From IMG/VR virus record IMGVR_UViG_3300027816_000087, positions 1 to 64,000 of that record: a DNA stretch of 64,000 nucleotides, one strand, 5' to 3'. Position 1 is the first letter of the stretch. Each line of letters begins with the position of its first letter. Of this stretch, positions 27,535 through 38,500 are shown one piece after another. A program made the position numbers and the translations under genes. Source of the stretch: a virus. The notes below the pieces were generated by a model. That model saw only the letters and a list, made by a program, of their open reading frames with translations. It did not search any database and was not told where the DNA came from.

Positions 27535-27702
27535 ATGACAAAGAACAAATTTCAAATACATTTTCTTCCTATTAATCATATGCTTATAGGATTTAGCTAT
27601 CAAGAAGGAACATCAGGAGATAATGAATCAGAACAAGTTGAAGAATTTTCAATTGGTTTTGGCTTAATATCATTTTCTTTATATAGAATACACAAAGTAT
27701 AA
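27535..27702 (+). CDS. small hypothetical protein (not in ORF track)
   Basis: Hand translation gives 55 aa, MTKNKFQIHFLPINH...YRIHKV; fills the gap before the terminator. Confidence 0.5.
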   Translation: MTKNKFQIHFLPINHMLIGFSYQEGTSGDNESEQVEEFSIGFGLISFSLYRIHKV

Positions 27703-27733
27703 AAAAAGGGGAATTAACTTTCCCCCTTTTTTT
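27701..27733. terminator. bidirectional terminator between convergent blocks
   Basis: A-run-GGGGAA-TTAACT-TTCCCC-C-T-run. Confidence 0.75.
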
Positions 27734-30700
27734 ATAACTTAAGCCCCATGCTTTTTCGAAAGTCTTCATTAAACAATCCTATTATATCTTGAACAGGTCT
27801 TACAATAGGAATCATTTTATTAAAATATTTCATTGGATGCGACTCATCAACAAGTTTTTCATTTTTAGTTCCAAGTCCCCAAAGTTCTGTAATTATATTT
27901 TCAAAAAAGTTTCCTATATCAGTAAGTAAACCCATAACTGGAATAGGACTTTTAATTAGTTCTCTAAACTCTGTAGGATTATAGAAAAATGCCACCTCAT
28001 TAAACCATTTATCCACTGCTTTAGCAAAACCTTTTCTAATACTTTTTGCATCTTCATCTTCATTATCTGGACCACTTCTCGCCCACATTAATAAACTAAA
28101 GAATGCAAGCAATATTAGTAACTCACGCATCATTGATCTAAGATTACCAATATACATATCAACAAACTCAGCCTCAGACATTCTATCTTTAAAGTTTAAG
28201 TCCCCTTGCTCAGCTTTTCTTATAAGCATCTCTTGATATCTTGCTTTTGCTCTTTCAATTGTATTAGTTCCAAACCCTGTTACAAGCTCACCAACAAGAG
28301 GTAAAAACTTTTCTGATATTAAATGTTTAAAGAATATACGTGCCTTACCATAATTGTATGTTTCTAAATCTGTATCATAAGCTAAATCACCAAATCTTTC
28401 AATTACAAGACCAGGAATCCATGATCTAAATTGCATTATTACTTGACCTAACATTGTAGTTCTAACTAAATTAATATCTTCAGTTGTTGAGTTACCTAAT
28501 ATTAATTTATTTACTTTCTTTATTTTATTTCTAAACTCAATAAATGTATCACTTTTTCTATCAACACCTTCTATTTCAAGCTTATCATTTACCACTTTAC
28601 TTTTAGCATACAAAGAATTATTTTTTGTATATTCTTCTATTTCATCTTGAACTTTTTTCATTAACGCTTTGCGTTCTTGAGAAGGAAGATTGTATATATT
28701 ATTATAGTTATTTTTAGCTTTTACATATTCACGTATAGAAACTATTTCTCCTTTTTCATCAACCATGTGAGACCTATACATAGCTACTGATACAGGGTAT
28801 GTAACAATTTTATCACCTGCTCTTTGAATTAAAAAGAATTTATCTGCTGTCCATTTTTGAAGAACACCACTAACAGAAAGTTGATTACTTTTTAAAAAAG
28901 ATTGATCTTCAAGATCTATACCTGCATAATCTATGAATGCCCATGCTTTTTCATCTTTTGATGTTAAAGCGTATTGTCCAAATCCCCAATCACCATCACC
29001 AAAATAAATATTCTTTTTAGCAATAAATGATGCATTCACTGTACCCCCCACTAAGTTAGCTGTTCCTGATATAGGATTAAAAGCAAGTGTTTTAATTGAA
29101 AAATATCTTAATACAGCTTGTAATGATTTAGTTGCTGATATTTCTTTTCCAGCAATTTTAAATGTAAAGTCAGCTCCTGCATCCATTTTTTGACCATATA
29201 CATAAAAGTTTACAAATTTTTCTAATACTTCATAGTTAATTTTATTATTTTTTACAGGTTCACCACCTTGTTTAACCTTACCCCATTGATTTGTTTGTAA
29301 AACATCTTTATTCTTTTCAATGTATAATATCAAGTTAGCACTATCTTCTATAGAACTCATTGCTTTATAGTTAGATGTATGTGTTCCCCATATACTAAAC
29401 ACTTTAAATAAATCAAAGCTTTTATCTGCACCAAGTTCATATGTATAATAAACAGGTATTTTTTTAATTTGTTGCCCGTTAATATCTAGTTGACCAAATT
29501 CTTGAGCTGAGTCAACTGTAAGTGATTGTAAAAAAGATTGCATATTAAAAGCTTTTCCCATATCACCAAGAACAGCAGATTCCATTTTAGTTCTAATAAT
29601 AGAAGGAATAAAACCAAACTCATAATCAATCATGCCTGCTTTTTCAGAATCTCTTAACATTTGTTGAAACTCATCATATACAGCTTTAAGAGGAGCATTC
29701 TCAGCTTTGTTTAAATCCTTATATTTATCACTCCACCAAATATCTTTTGGCTTTAAAAAATTTCCTTTAGGGAGTAGTGCAGCAACATTAGACTTTTCAC
29801 CATTATGAAGCTCAACCCATTTGATAATAGCAGCATCTTTCTTTTCTCTATCTAGTTTAGGATCAGCACTATATGTTGTTCCTTCTACTAATTCTTTATA
29901 TCTTTTAAATGCTTTTAAATATCCTTCTGAATCAAAAACAGTATTAGCTCTAATCCAAGCAAAGTCTCCTTTTTTAATAGCTTGATTTTTTAATCTAATG
30001 AACTCATCGCTATATATCTTTAAGAAGTCACCCGTTTTTTTACCTTCTGCATCAATATCAAGTATACCATCAAATATATTACTAATTGATATACCTTTTG
30101 CAGATGCCCATTTTTCTAAATTAGTTTTTAATTCAGCAAGTTTTGTGTTTGTTTCTTCTATTTCTAAATCTCTAGTTTGAAATGCTTTGTTACGAATTTT
30201 ATAAAACACTTGAGCTGCTGCTGTTTCTAATTGTGAAAGAGCCCTAAAATTACGTTTTAATAAATCCATCACACGCTCAGGATTTAACAATCCTTTTACA
30301 CCATTCTTTTTGGCTTCAGCATCACCAAGTTCTCTAGCTCTTTCATTAAGTAAAAAAACTAAATCTTTAGCGTTTAAGCTCATTGTTTTAAAATCATCTT
30401 GTATTTTCTCAAGTTTTCTTTTTTCAGAAGCATCTTGTTCATTTGCAATTTCATTTTTTAATTTTTTAAGAAGATCTCTTAAATAAACAGAGCTTTCAGA
30501 ATATACATTAATAATATCTCTTGCTTCTAATATTTCTGATATGCCAATATCGTTATTGTCATACTTGTCAAAGTATTTATTTATTTCAATTAATCCACTA
30601 TCCACAAAGTTTTTTAAATCCTTCTTAACTTGAAGTGTTCTAATTGTCTTTTTTAATTTGTTTAATTCAATACTCTTTTTATCTTTTTCTTTAGATGATT

Positions 30701-32570
30701 TATTTGCTAATGTTTCATAAATAATATAAAGTCTTCTGATAAACTCATCTAATTTTTCATCGCCTGTTGATTCTGCTTTTGCAACAACAGGAAGCAAGTA
30801 TTCTTTATTTTCAGGAATAAGCGCAGGATCTAATGGTCCAATTTCTATATTTTTAAGATTTTGAGGAACCCAACCTCCTGACACTTTACCCATTTTAAAT
30901 TCTGTACGAATTGGAATTGCTCTTATTTTGTTAAACTGTGTTATTCCAAATTGTTGTTCTATAGCTTGTTTATATTCATCAAGCTGTAATCTATATGCAG
31001 GTTCTTTAAACCATTTTAATTCTGTTTCACCATCTCTAATTTCTTGAGATTTCCAATCATATATATCAGCTGAACCATCGTTTAAAAATACAAGTAAGTC
31101 AACAGTTCCAGGTAAGTTCTTCTTTGAATTATATATTCTTGCTTCAAACATAAATCTAGTACCTGGAGGATATGATCTAATTAATGCTTTTATATATCCA
31201 TCTAACTTTCTTTCCACTTCAGCATTAACATCTAACTTATCACCAGGAATTGCTGATGCACGTACTAATCCTGTAGCAGGATCAACATATCTATTTCCTA
31301 TTTTTTCTATGTCTTTGTGTAATCCTATACCATACTCGGCTTTTAAATCATCTATAACTTTTTGAACATCAGATCTTTTATCTGTAGGAAACATTTTCTT
31401 ATACCATGGCTTCACTACATTTTCATTAACACTTCTTGGTGTACCATCTGCATCTACAATTGGTTTACCATCTTCCATGTAAATATGTTTCTTCTTACCT
31501 GTCTTAGGATCAATATCATCATCTAATGTTATTTTATTACGCAATGCCATAGCTTTATTAAAGTTAGCTTCAGCTGCATTACTCATTTGTAGATATTGCT
31601 CTTCACTTCTAAATTCTAAATTTAAATCACTAACATCTGCTTCCATTATTTTTTGAGCAGCTACTTTAAAAGGATTGTCTAATTTTTCGTTTATCTTTTC
31701 TCCTCTATTAAACATCTTTAACAAAGCTACCCACACTTTCTTCCACCAAGATTTTGCTGCTTCTACTCTTTTAGTAGTTTCTTGTTCATCAAATTTTTCT
31801 ATAACATGCTGAGCAATAAGTTTACCTATTGCTTCTTTCTTAAGTTTGTCAAAGTTTATTGTACCATCTGAGTTTCTATATAACTTGCTGTTTTTATATT
31901 TCTCTACTGTTTCTGTATATAAAGCATAAGACGTAATCTTAGAATACATGTCCTTGTACAAAGGATGATTCTCTCCAAGCATCTCTACAAAGAAGTGAGC
32001 AGCTTCTTCAGGAAGTGTGGTGATATCTGCTTCACCATTAACCACTTGAATGATCTTATTAAGCATGTCTGCTTTAGCTATAGCATCAAGCTTATTTCCT
32101 TCTCTGTCTCTTATTTCATCTAATGATTGTACAGATACTCCTATACTTGCAAGAAATTTATTAATCTTAGAATTTAGTTCTTGATTTGAAGGTCTTTCAG
32201 ATGCTTTTTCTTTTTGAAAAAATTCACCCCTATCTTCTTCTGTATACATTCCTCTTTTTCTTTCTTCTTCTTGTAAAGCAGCAGCATCTCTAAGTAATTT
32301 ATTTTGCTCATCTGTTTTATATTGTTCAAAATATACATTAACAAGCTTATCTGAGGGGTTAATGCTAAAAGATCCTTTCTCACCTTCTTTTACTAGTATA
32401 TCTTTAAAAGATTTATTTACTTCAGATATAGCTTTTGATGCTTTTGAAGGATTAGGAAAATACCCTGTATCACCCATAACATCTGCACCTCTTTGTGCAA
32501 GCATGTTTCCAGCTTTATCAATTATATCTTTCTTAATATCTAATGAACACTTTGCCATAATTATCCGCAA
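27732..32570 (-). CDS. large virion/ejected protein with degenerate zincin and PD-(D/E)XK nuclease domains
   Basis: 1612 aa; TLPEEAAHF; GLHKDIE...GTVDL...IYDWKS...LQLDEY; directly downstream of the RNAP gene. Confidence 0.75.
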   Translation of the reverse strand: MRIIMAKCSLDIKKDIIDKAGNMLAQRGADVMGDTGYFPNPSKASKAISEVNKSFKDILVKEGEKGSFSINPSDKLVNVYFEQYKTDEQNKLLRDAAALQEEERKRGMYTEEDRGEFFQKEKASERPSNQELNSKINKFLASIGVSVQSLDEIRDREGNKLDAIAKADMLNKIIQVVNGEADITTLPEEAAHFFVEMLGENHPLYKDMYSKITSYALYTETVEKYKNSKLYRNSDGTINFDKLKKEAIGKLIAQHVIEKFDEQETTKRVEAAKSWWKKVWVALLKMFNRGEKINEKLDNPFKVAAQKIMEADVSDLNLEFRSEEQYLQMSNAAEANFNKAMALRNKITLDDDIDPKTGKKKHIYMEDGKPIVDADGTPRSVNENVVKPWYKKMFPTDKRSDVQKVIDDLKAEYGIGLHKDIEKIGNRYVDPATGLVRASAIPGDKLDVNAEVERKLDGYIKALIRSYPPGTRFMFEARIYNSKKNLPGTVDLLVFLNDGSADIYDWKSQEIRDGETELKWFKEPAYRLQLDEYKQAIEQQFGITQFNKIRAIPIRTEFKMGKVSGGWVPQNLKNIEIGPLDPALIPENKEYLLPVVAKAESTGDEKLDEFIRRLYIIYETLANKSSKEKDKKSIELNKLKKTIRTLQVKKDLKNFVDSGLIEINKYFDKYDNNDIGISEILEARDIINVYSESSVYLRDLLKKLKNEIANEQDASEKRKLEKIQDDFKTMSLNAKDLVFLLNERARELGDAEAKKNGVKGLLNPERVMDLLKRNFRALSQLETAAAQVFYKIRNKAFQTRDLEIEETNTKLAELKTNLEKWASAKGISISNIFDGILDIDAEGKKTGDFLKIYSDEFIRLKNQAIKKGDFAWIRANTVFDSEGYLKAFKRYKELVEGTTYSADPKLDREKKDAAIIKWVELHNGEKSNVAALLPKGNFLKPKDIWWSDKYKDLNKAENAPLKAVYDEFQQMLRDSEKAGMIDYEFGFIPSIIRTKMESAVLGDMGKAFNMQSFLQSLTVDSAQEFGQLDINGQQIKKIPVYYTYELGADKSFDLFKVFSIWGTHTSNYKAMSSIEDSANLILYIEKNKDVLQTNQWGKVKQGGEPVKNNKINYEVLEKFVNFYVYGQKMDAGADFTFKIAGKEISATKSLQAVLRYFSIKTLAFNPISGTANLVGGTVNASFIAKKNIYFGDGDWGFGQYALTSKDEKAWAFIDYAGIDLEDQSFLKSNQLSVSGVLQKWTADKFFLIQRAGDKIVTYPVSVAMYRSHMVDEKGEIVSIREYVKAKNNYNNIYNLPSQERKALMKKVQDEIEEYTKNNSLYAKSKVVNDKLEIEGVDRKSDTFIEFRNKIKKVNKLILGNSTTEDINLVRTTMLGQVIMQFRSWIPGLVIERFGDLAYDTDLETYNYGKARIFFKHLISEKFLPLVGELVTGFGTNTIERAKARYQEMLIRKAEQGDLNFKDRMSEAEFVDMYIGNLRSMMRELLILLAFFSLLMWARSGPDNEDEDAKSIRKGFAKAVDKWFNEVAFFYNPTEFRELIKSPIPVMGLLTDIGNFFENIITELWGLGTKNEKLVDESHPMKYFNKMIPIVRPVQDIIGLFNEDFRKSMGLKL

Positions 32571-35500
32571 TTATTTTGATTATTGTTATCAATTGATGGT
32601 AGTCCTTCAGGTTGGATTTTTGATGGTCCAGTTACAGCTTGTGTAGGTTGAACTAGTGTATTTTCTCCTAAAGTGTTAACAGAATTTGGTTTAATGTACG
32701 TTGTAGAATCTGGATTTAAAAAATCTTGTCTCCTGTTTTCATTAGGATTTACATTTGTAATAAATCTAACTTTTACACCAGCTTTAGTTCCAATTCTAGA
32801 TTCTTTTTCATACTCTTCTTGTGATATAATTTTCCAAACATTATATTTATCATCTTGCACTTGTTCACCAACTTTAAACTCTTTTATGGTTTTTTTACCA
32901 CTTACAGGAGCTTGTGTAATACTAGACAACACTCTATCTAACTCTTGTCTCCAATTAGGATTAGCCATATTAATTGTAGGAATTCCTTTTCTTCTAGCCA
33001 TTTCAACAGCTTGTCCTGTACCACCCTTGGGTCTTAAAGGATTATCTGTTTCTTCTGCATAGAATAAAACAAAGTCTACTGTACTATCAAGATTTTTACC
33101 AAATATTTGATTGGTATTTCTAGCCATTAATTTTAACCCACCAGGTGTTAATCTATCTGGAGCAGGATGAATTTCTTTAACAACAGCTTCAGAAATTTTA
33201 GAAACATTATTATCATAAGTTTCTAAAGATGTATTTCCATTTACTGTTCTTCTAATACCAGAAGGACCAAATAATATTTTATTTTTTGACCCATCTGAGA
33301 ATGCTTTATCAGCACCTTCTTCATCTAATCCAGTTTCTTTATCTTTAAAAGTAAATCCTGTTTGTAAAGTATATCCAATTGAGTCTAAATATTTTGAAGC
33401 TTCAGTCATTAATTTTAGAACATCTGTTGGAGTTTCTCTACTACCAATACCTGCATAAGTCATTGTTCTTGTAGAAGATCTTCCTGGAAGTTTATCAAAC
33501 TCAGGTAGTCCACTCTCTATTGTTTCTAAACTAACTTGTTTTCTCCATGCCATAACTGCTTCATCATGCATTGATTCATTTACATCACCATTAACTGCAA
33601 ATCTTGATGCTTCTGTTAATGGATTAGGAGTTGTCTCTACTAAATACATACCATTTCCTAATTTATTAATAGGACGATATTTAACCACTGACTTATCTAA
33701 TGTAACATCACTTCCAGTTGTATCTGTTATTTTAATTCTTTCATATAAGTTAAGCTTAAATCTTTCATCAAATGGTAATTTATCATTTTTCGTATCAACT
33801 CCATCAACAGGAACATACATTTTAATATACTGATTTCTAGCAATATTTCTATCACCTCTTATAACAAGCAGACCATTTTGAAGGTATTTTGCAGAATACT
33901 TTTGTTTAGGAACTATTTTATTGTTCTTATAGTTATTCTGATGAAAAGTTTTCCACACTTGATCTACATTTACAACATCTGGTGAATTAGCATAATTTTT
34001 AAATATATCTGCTGTTAATCCTGCATACAGATTAAGTGGTAACACTTTTGTAAATGTTACAGGACTAAGCTGCACACCAGATTGCAAGATAGCTAATCTA
34101 GCTAAATTATCAATAAATTCTTTTAATTCAAAATCACCAATCATCTCAGCTTGAGAATATAATATGTCAATAGACTCACTTATAACATTAACATCATAAG
34201 ATGACATTTTATTATTAAACATCTTAATGTTATCTGTACTAAGTCTATTCTGATTAATCACTGGGAATAAGTTCTTAAGAGCTAAGCTATCAGGATACTT
34301 ATCCTTCATCCTTTTAAGACGTTTAGCCAAAGACTCGTTTTTACCATCTGTAAATAAGTTGAAATATTGGTTAAGTCTTTCATTATTTCCAAATGGTGTA
34401 TTCTGTAATATATATGCAATAAAGAAGTTTTGGTATCTATTAAGATATTCAGCTTTATCTTCATTGGTCATAAATATACCATCGTCATCAAGCTTTTCTA
34501 ATATAGGCTCAAATGCAGGTAGAGATTTAGGATTAAGAACAACAAAGAATTTCTCAAACATATTACGCACATCATCTTTAACTTCCTTCACCTTTCCTAA
34601 GAATGTTTTATCAAACACTCTATCTAATGAATCTTGTTTAATAAAATTATCATTAACAGCACGATTATATCTAGATTGTTGTAAATGACTCTCAACTATG
34701 TTTTTAGTTTTAGTTGTATCATAAGATATACCTCTAATAAAGTTTGATAATTTATCAGCTTGTGTTTTATAATCAAGCATATCCATAAGAATAGCCACTT
34801 GCATTAAGTTCTGTTCTTTTGTAAGTGTTTTACTTGATATTGCTTCTGCTAATTGTTGAGGAGTATATTGTTTGAATTGTTGTTGAATACCTCTAAATAA
34901 TGCTAATGTTTTATCTGGATATTGTGTTGTATCAATAACATTCCCAGTTCCTTGTGTGTAATAAAGAGAAGCTGCTTTAATTATCACTTCGTTAAAATAT
35001 AAGGCCTCATCATTCACTTCATTAACAAATGTCTTATTAGCATCTCTATATTTAAAGTAATCATCTATAACAGGTTGATTAAACATCAATGCTATATTCT
35101 CTTGAGACACACCACGTTTTGTTAAATAAAACCACGTAGCAGCAGTTTCTAGATTAAGACGTATATCAAATATAAATGGATCTTTTGCAGCATCCACTGA
35201 TCCTGTAAGAGCTTCATTAAACAAGTCAAATATATACATTCCATCTTCATCTACTGTAAGATCTAGTTTATTTGTATTTGAGTTTGGAAGTTTAATTTTC
35301 ACTTGTCTAGTAGTACCATCATAATCTTTATATGTACCTGTTAACTCCACCTCACCAATTTGACTCATTGTGTGTGATGTAATCTGCAATGCTGCTACAC
35401 CCACCAATTGTTTTGATGTTACAAATGTTTCACGCGTTTCTGACATAGTAACCCATTCAGAAAGCTTAGTCATATTTGTGTCATCTCTTTTTATTCCTTT

Positions 35501-38500
35501 AAGCTCAAGAATATATTCAGATAGTTTTTTAAGTTTTGAAGCACTATTAGGAGTAAGAAGCTGACGTTGATTATCAGGATGTTCAAGAATTGTCTTTATT
35601 ATTTCAATCACCCTATTTTGTAATGCCTTTTTACTATTTTGGTCTTCAATAGATCTTTTTGAAAACTCTTGCAAACTATCTTTTGTAGTAATTTCAGTTT
35701 TAAGAGCATTGTAGTCATCTGCTGCTTTATCTAATGCCACTGATAAAGCTTCAACATTTAACTGATTCATTTTTAATTCTTCATCAGCTAACATTGCTTG
35801 TTGAATATTTTTAATCTTTTTATTAAAAAGATCAGAAACTAATTTTCCTTCAATAGCATTACCTTTATAAATAAGCTCTTCAAAATAATATAATTCTTCT
35901 TCTAATTGTTTTATTTCTTTAACACCTGTTCTTATTTCTTCTTTTAGATTATTAATAATATTTATTACAGGTTTAATTATATCTGCATATTTATCATTAA
36001 TGTATCTATTATAACGATTGTTTAATTCATCTGGTGATGAACTATATTTAATGTATTTAATCTCATTAGTTTTCTTACTAATATAGTAGTTAGCTAAAAA
36101 CATATTGAGTTTATCCACGTCAAAGTCAGATCCTGTTTTACCTACCATTTCAGAAGGAACAACCACCATATCTCCATATGAAGGATCTAAGAATCCTTTA
36201 ATAACAATAGAGTCAATCATATTTAACCCTGATGTAGGAATACGAGAACCTATAGAATTTAATAAGTCAGCAAAATCTTTACCTTCAGGAGCAACCCAAA
36301 TTCCTTCTTCGTTTTGCACAAAGCCAGCTTCTTGTGGTGTAATTCCTTTAAAGTACCAAGGAGTGTACACTTCAATGTATCTACCGTAATCAGTATTATA
36401 GAAGTTAAGATTACTAGAAGATATTGTAACAGATTCTTTTTCTTTCTTTGAAAGTTTAGAGTAATCCTCTACATTTTGATACACTCCGTCTTTTATATAA
36501 AGTAGCTTTCTACCCTGAGCAAACAATGTAGATGACACCTGAACATTAGCCTTACCAAACATTTCTGTTCTGATAATTCTATTGTCAACTAGTGAATTTA
36601 AAACAGATTCAATACGTTCTCTAGCTGGGTTTGCATCTAATGGATATTTTGGTACTTCTTTATTATCATCTATAAATGTATCAAGCATTTCAACCACATT
36701 GTCAGGAAGATTTCTTTTTATAGCTTCTTGACGTAATGTTTCCATTAGTTTTCCAACATTCTCAATATCGTATGAACCATCTTCATTTTGTTTTAATCCA
36801 AGCTCTTGTAAAAGAGCTTCTCTTTCAATATCTAATAAAGCATTTAATACATTTTTGTATTCTTCTGCATAAGGCTTAAGACTTTCAGGAAGATCACTTA
36901 GAATAAGTTTTCTTATCTGGCTACCAAAGATTACAACATTTTTAGCATAGTCAGGGGTAGATACCTGTATACCAAAATATTTACTGAATATATCTTGCAG
37001 GATGGGAACTTCTTTAGATATAGTTCCATCTTCATTATAAAATGGTGTAAGCTTTCCATTAGGTTTAGTCATTGCACCCACTTTATGTCCTGATCCAAAG
37101 TCAATAATATCAACACCTTGATTTTTAGCATCAATATATTTAGACATCATCTCTGGATTGTTCTTCACTCTACTCCAAGTTAAAGGAAACACTGAGTTTT
37201 TAAGGAAATTAATATGGGACATTCCATCAGTGTTTTGAAATCCAAAACCTTGTGGTTTTAACACTTGAAGAATAGCTTCTGGTTTTGGTTTACTAAGAAC
37301 TTCTTTAGCTTTTTGAATTTGTTCTTTAGTGTATTTAGGATTATAATAAGGATGAGATTTATCAGAACGATCAATTATTTCTAAAGCATTTTCATAATCC
37401 AATAATGCTTCTTGTTCTTTTGATAACATTCCAGATAGATATAACATATCTCTAAAATAATCAGGCATAATCATTGCTTGACCATCAGCTTCATCCATAT
37501 TAATATATGAACTAATATATGTTCCTTTACCCCCTACTATAGATTTAAGAGAACCATCTTCATTAAACTTAGCACCAATCAATTGCTCTGCTCTTTTCTT
37601 ATCAACCTTAGTAGAAATATCTTTGAACAATTCTTCAGCAATATATTTTAAATAAGGACTTGTCACCTTTGGATCAGCATAAGATATACTTCTCATTACA
37701 GGATTATCTGCATCACGAACTCTACCATCATAACGAGGTTTGTTTTGTTCCATCCAAGAAATAACATGAGGATTTTCGCTTATAACATTCTTTTGAGAAT
37801 TAGCACCACTAGAACGTTTAGCTAAGTCTTTATATAATGCAGGATGACCATAAAACAACTTATGTTGCTCATATACAGCAAGTTGTCTATTTACAACGAG
37901 GAATCTAGCAAGTTTGTTAAACTCCGCTTCACTCATTTCTTTAGTGTTAATACCAGATATAGCATCTGCATCTTTTGGAATACCAAGAGCTTTAAATCTG
38001 TTTAGCACATTTATAACAGTGACCCCTGCATCAATTTCAACAGTTTTAACTATTTCTTTATTTACCAACCATTGTTTTGTTTCCTTCACTTGAGATTCAA
38101 CATAATCTTTTAATATACCTTCATTCTTTACCGTGCTAACAAAGTTTTCTGTTAATGCTTCAAATATTAATGTAGCATTTTCAATTTTTGTTCTTTTAGT
38201 TATTTTAGTATCCTTAACAAGTTTTTCAAAATAATTACGAAGGTTTGATCCTTTCTCTAGTCCAGGGATATTAGAAAAATGTCCAAGCTCAAGTATTCTA
38301 TCTTGATGATTCTGAATATTATTAGGATAGAAATGAAATCTTAAAGCATGCATCACCTCAGCTTTAAGAGCATTGATATACTTATCTTCAATTAAACCAA
38401 GATTAGATATCTCACTCATTTTTACAAAGTGACCCATTTTAACTGCAAACTCACTAGACTTATCTGAATTGATTACAGTGAAATAAGATCCTCTTAGTAT

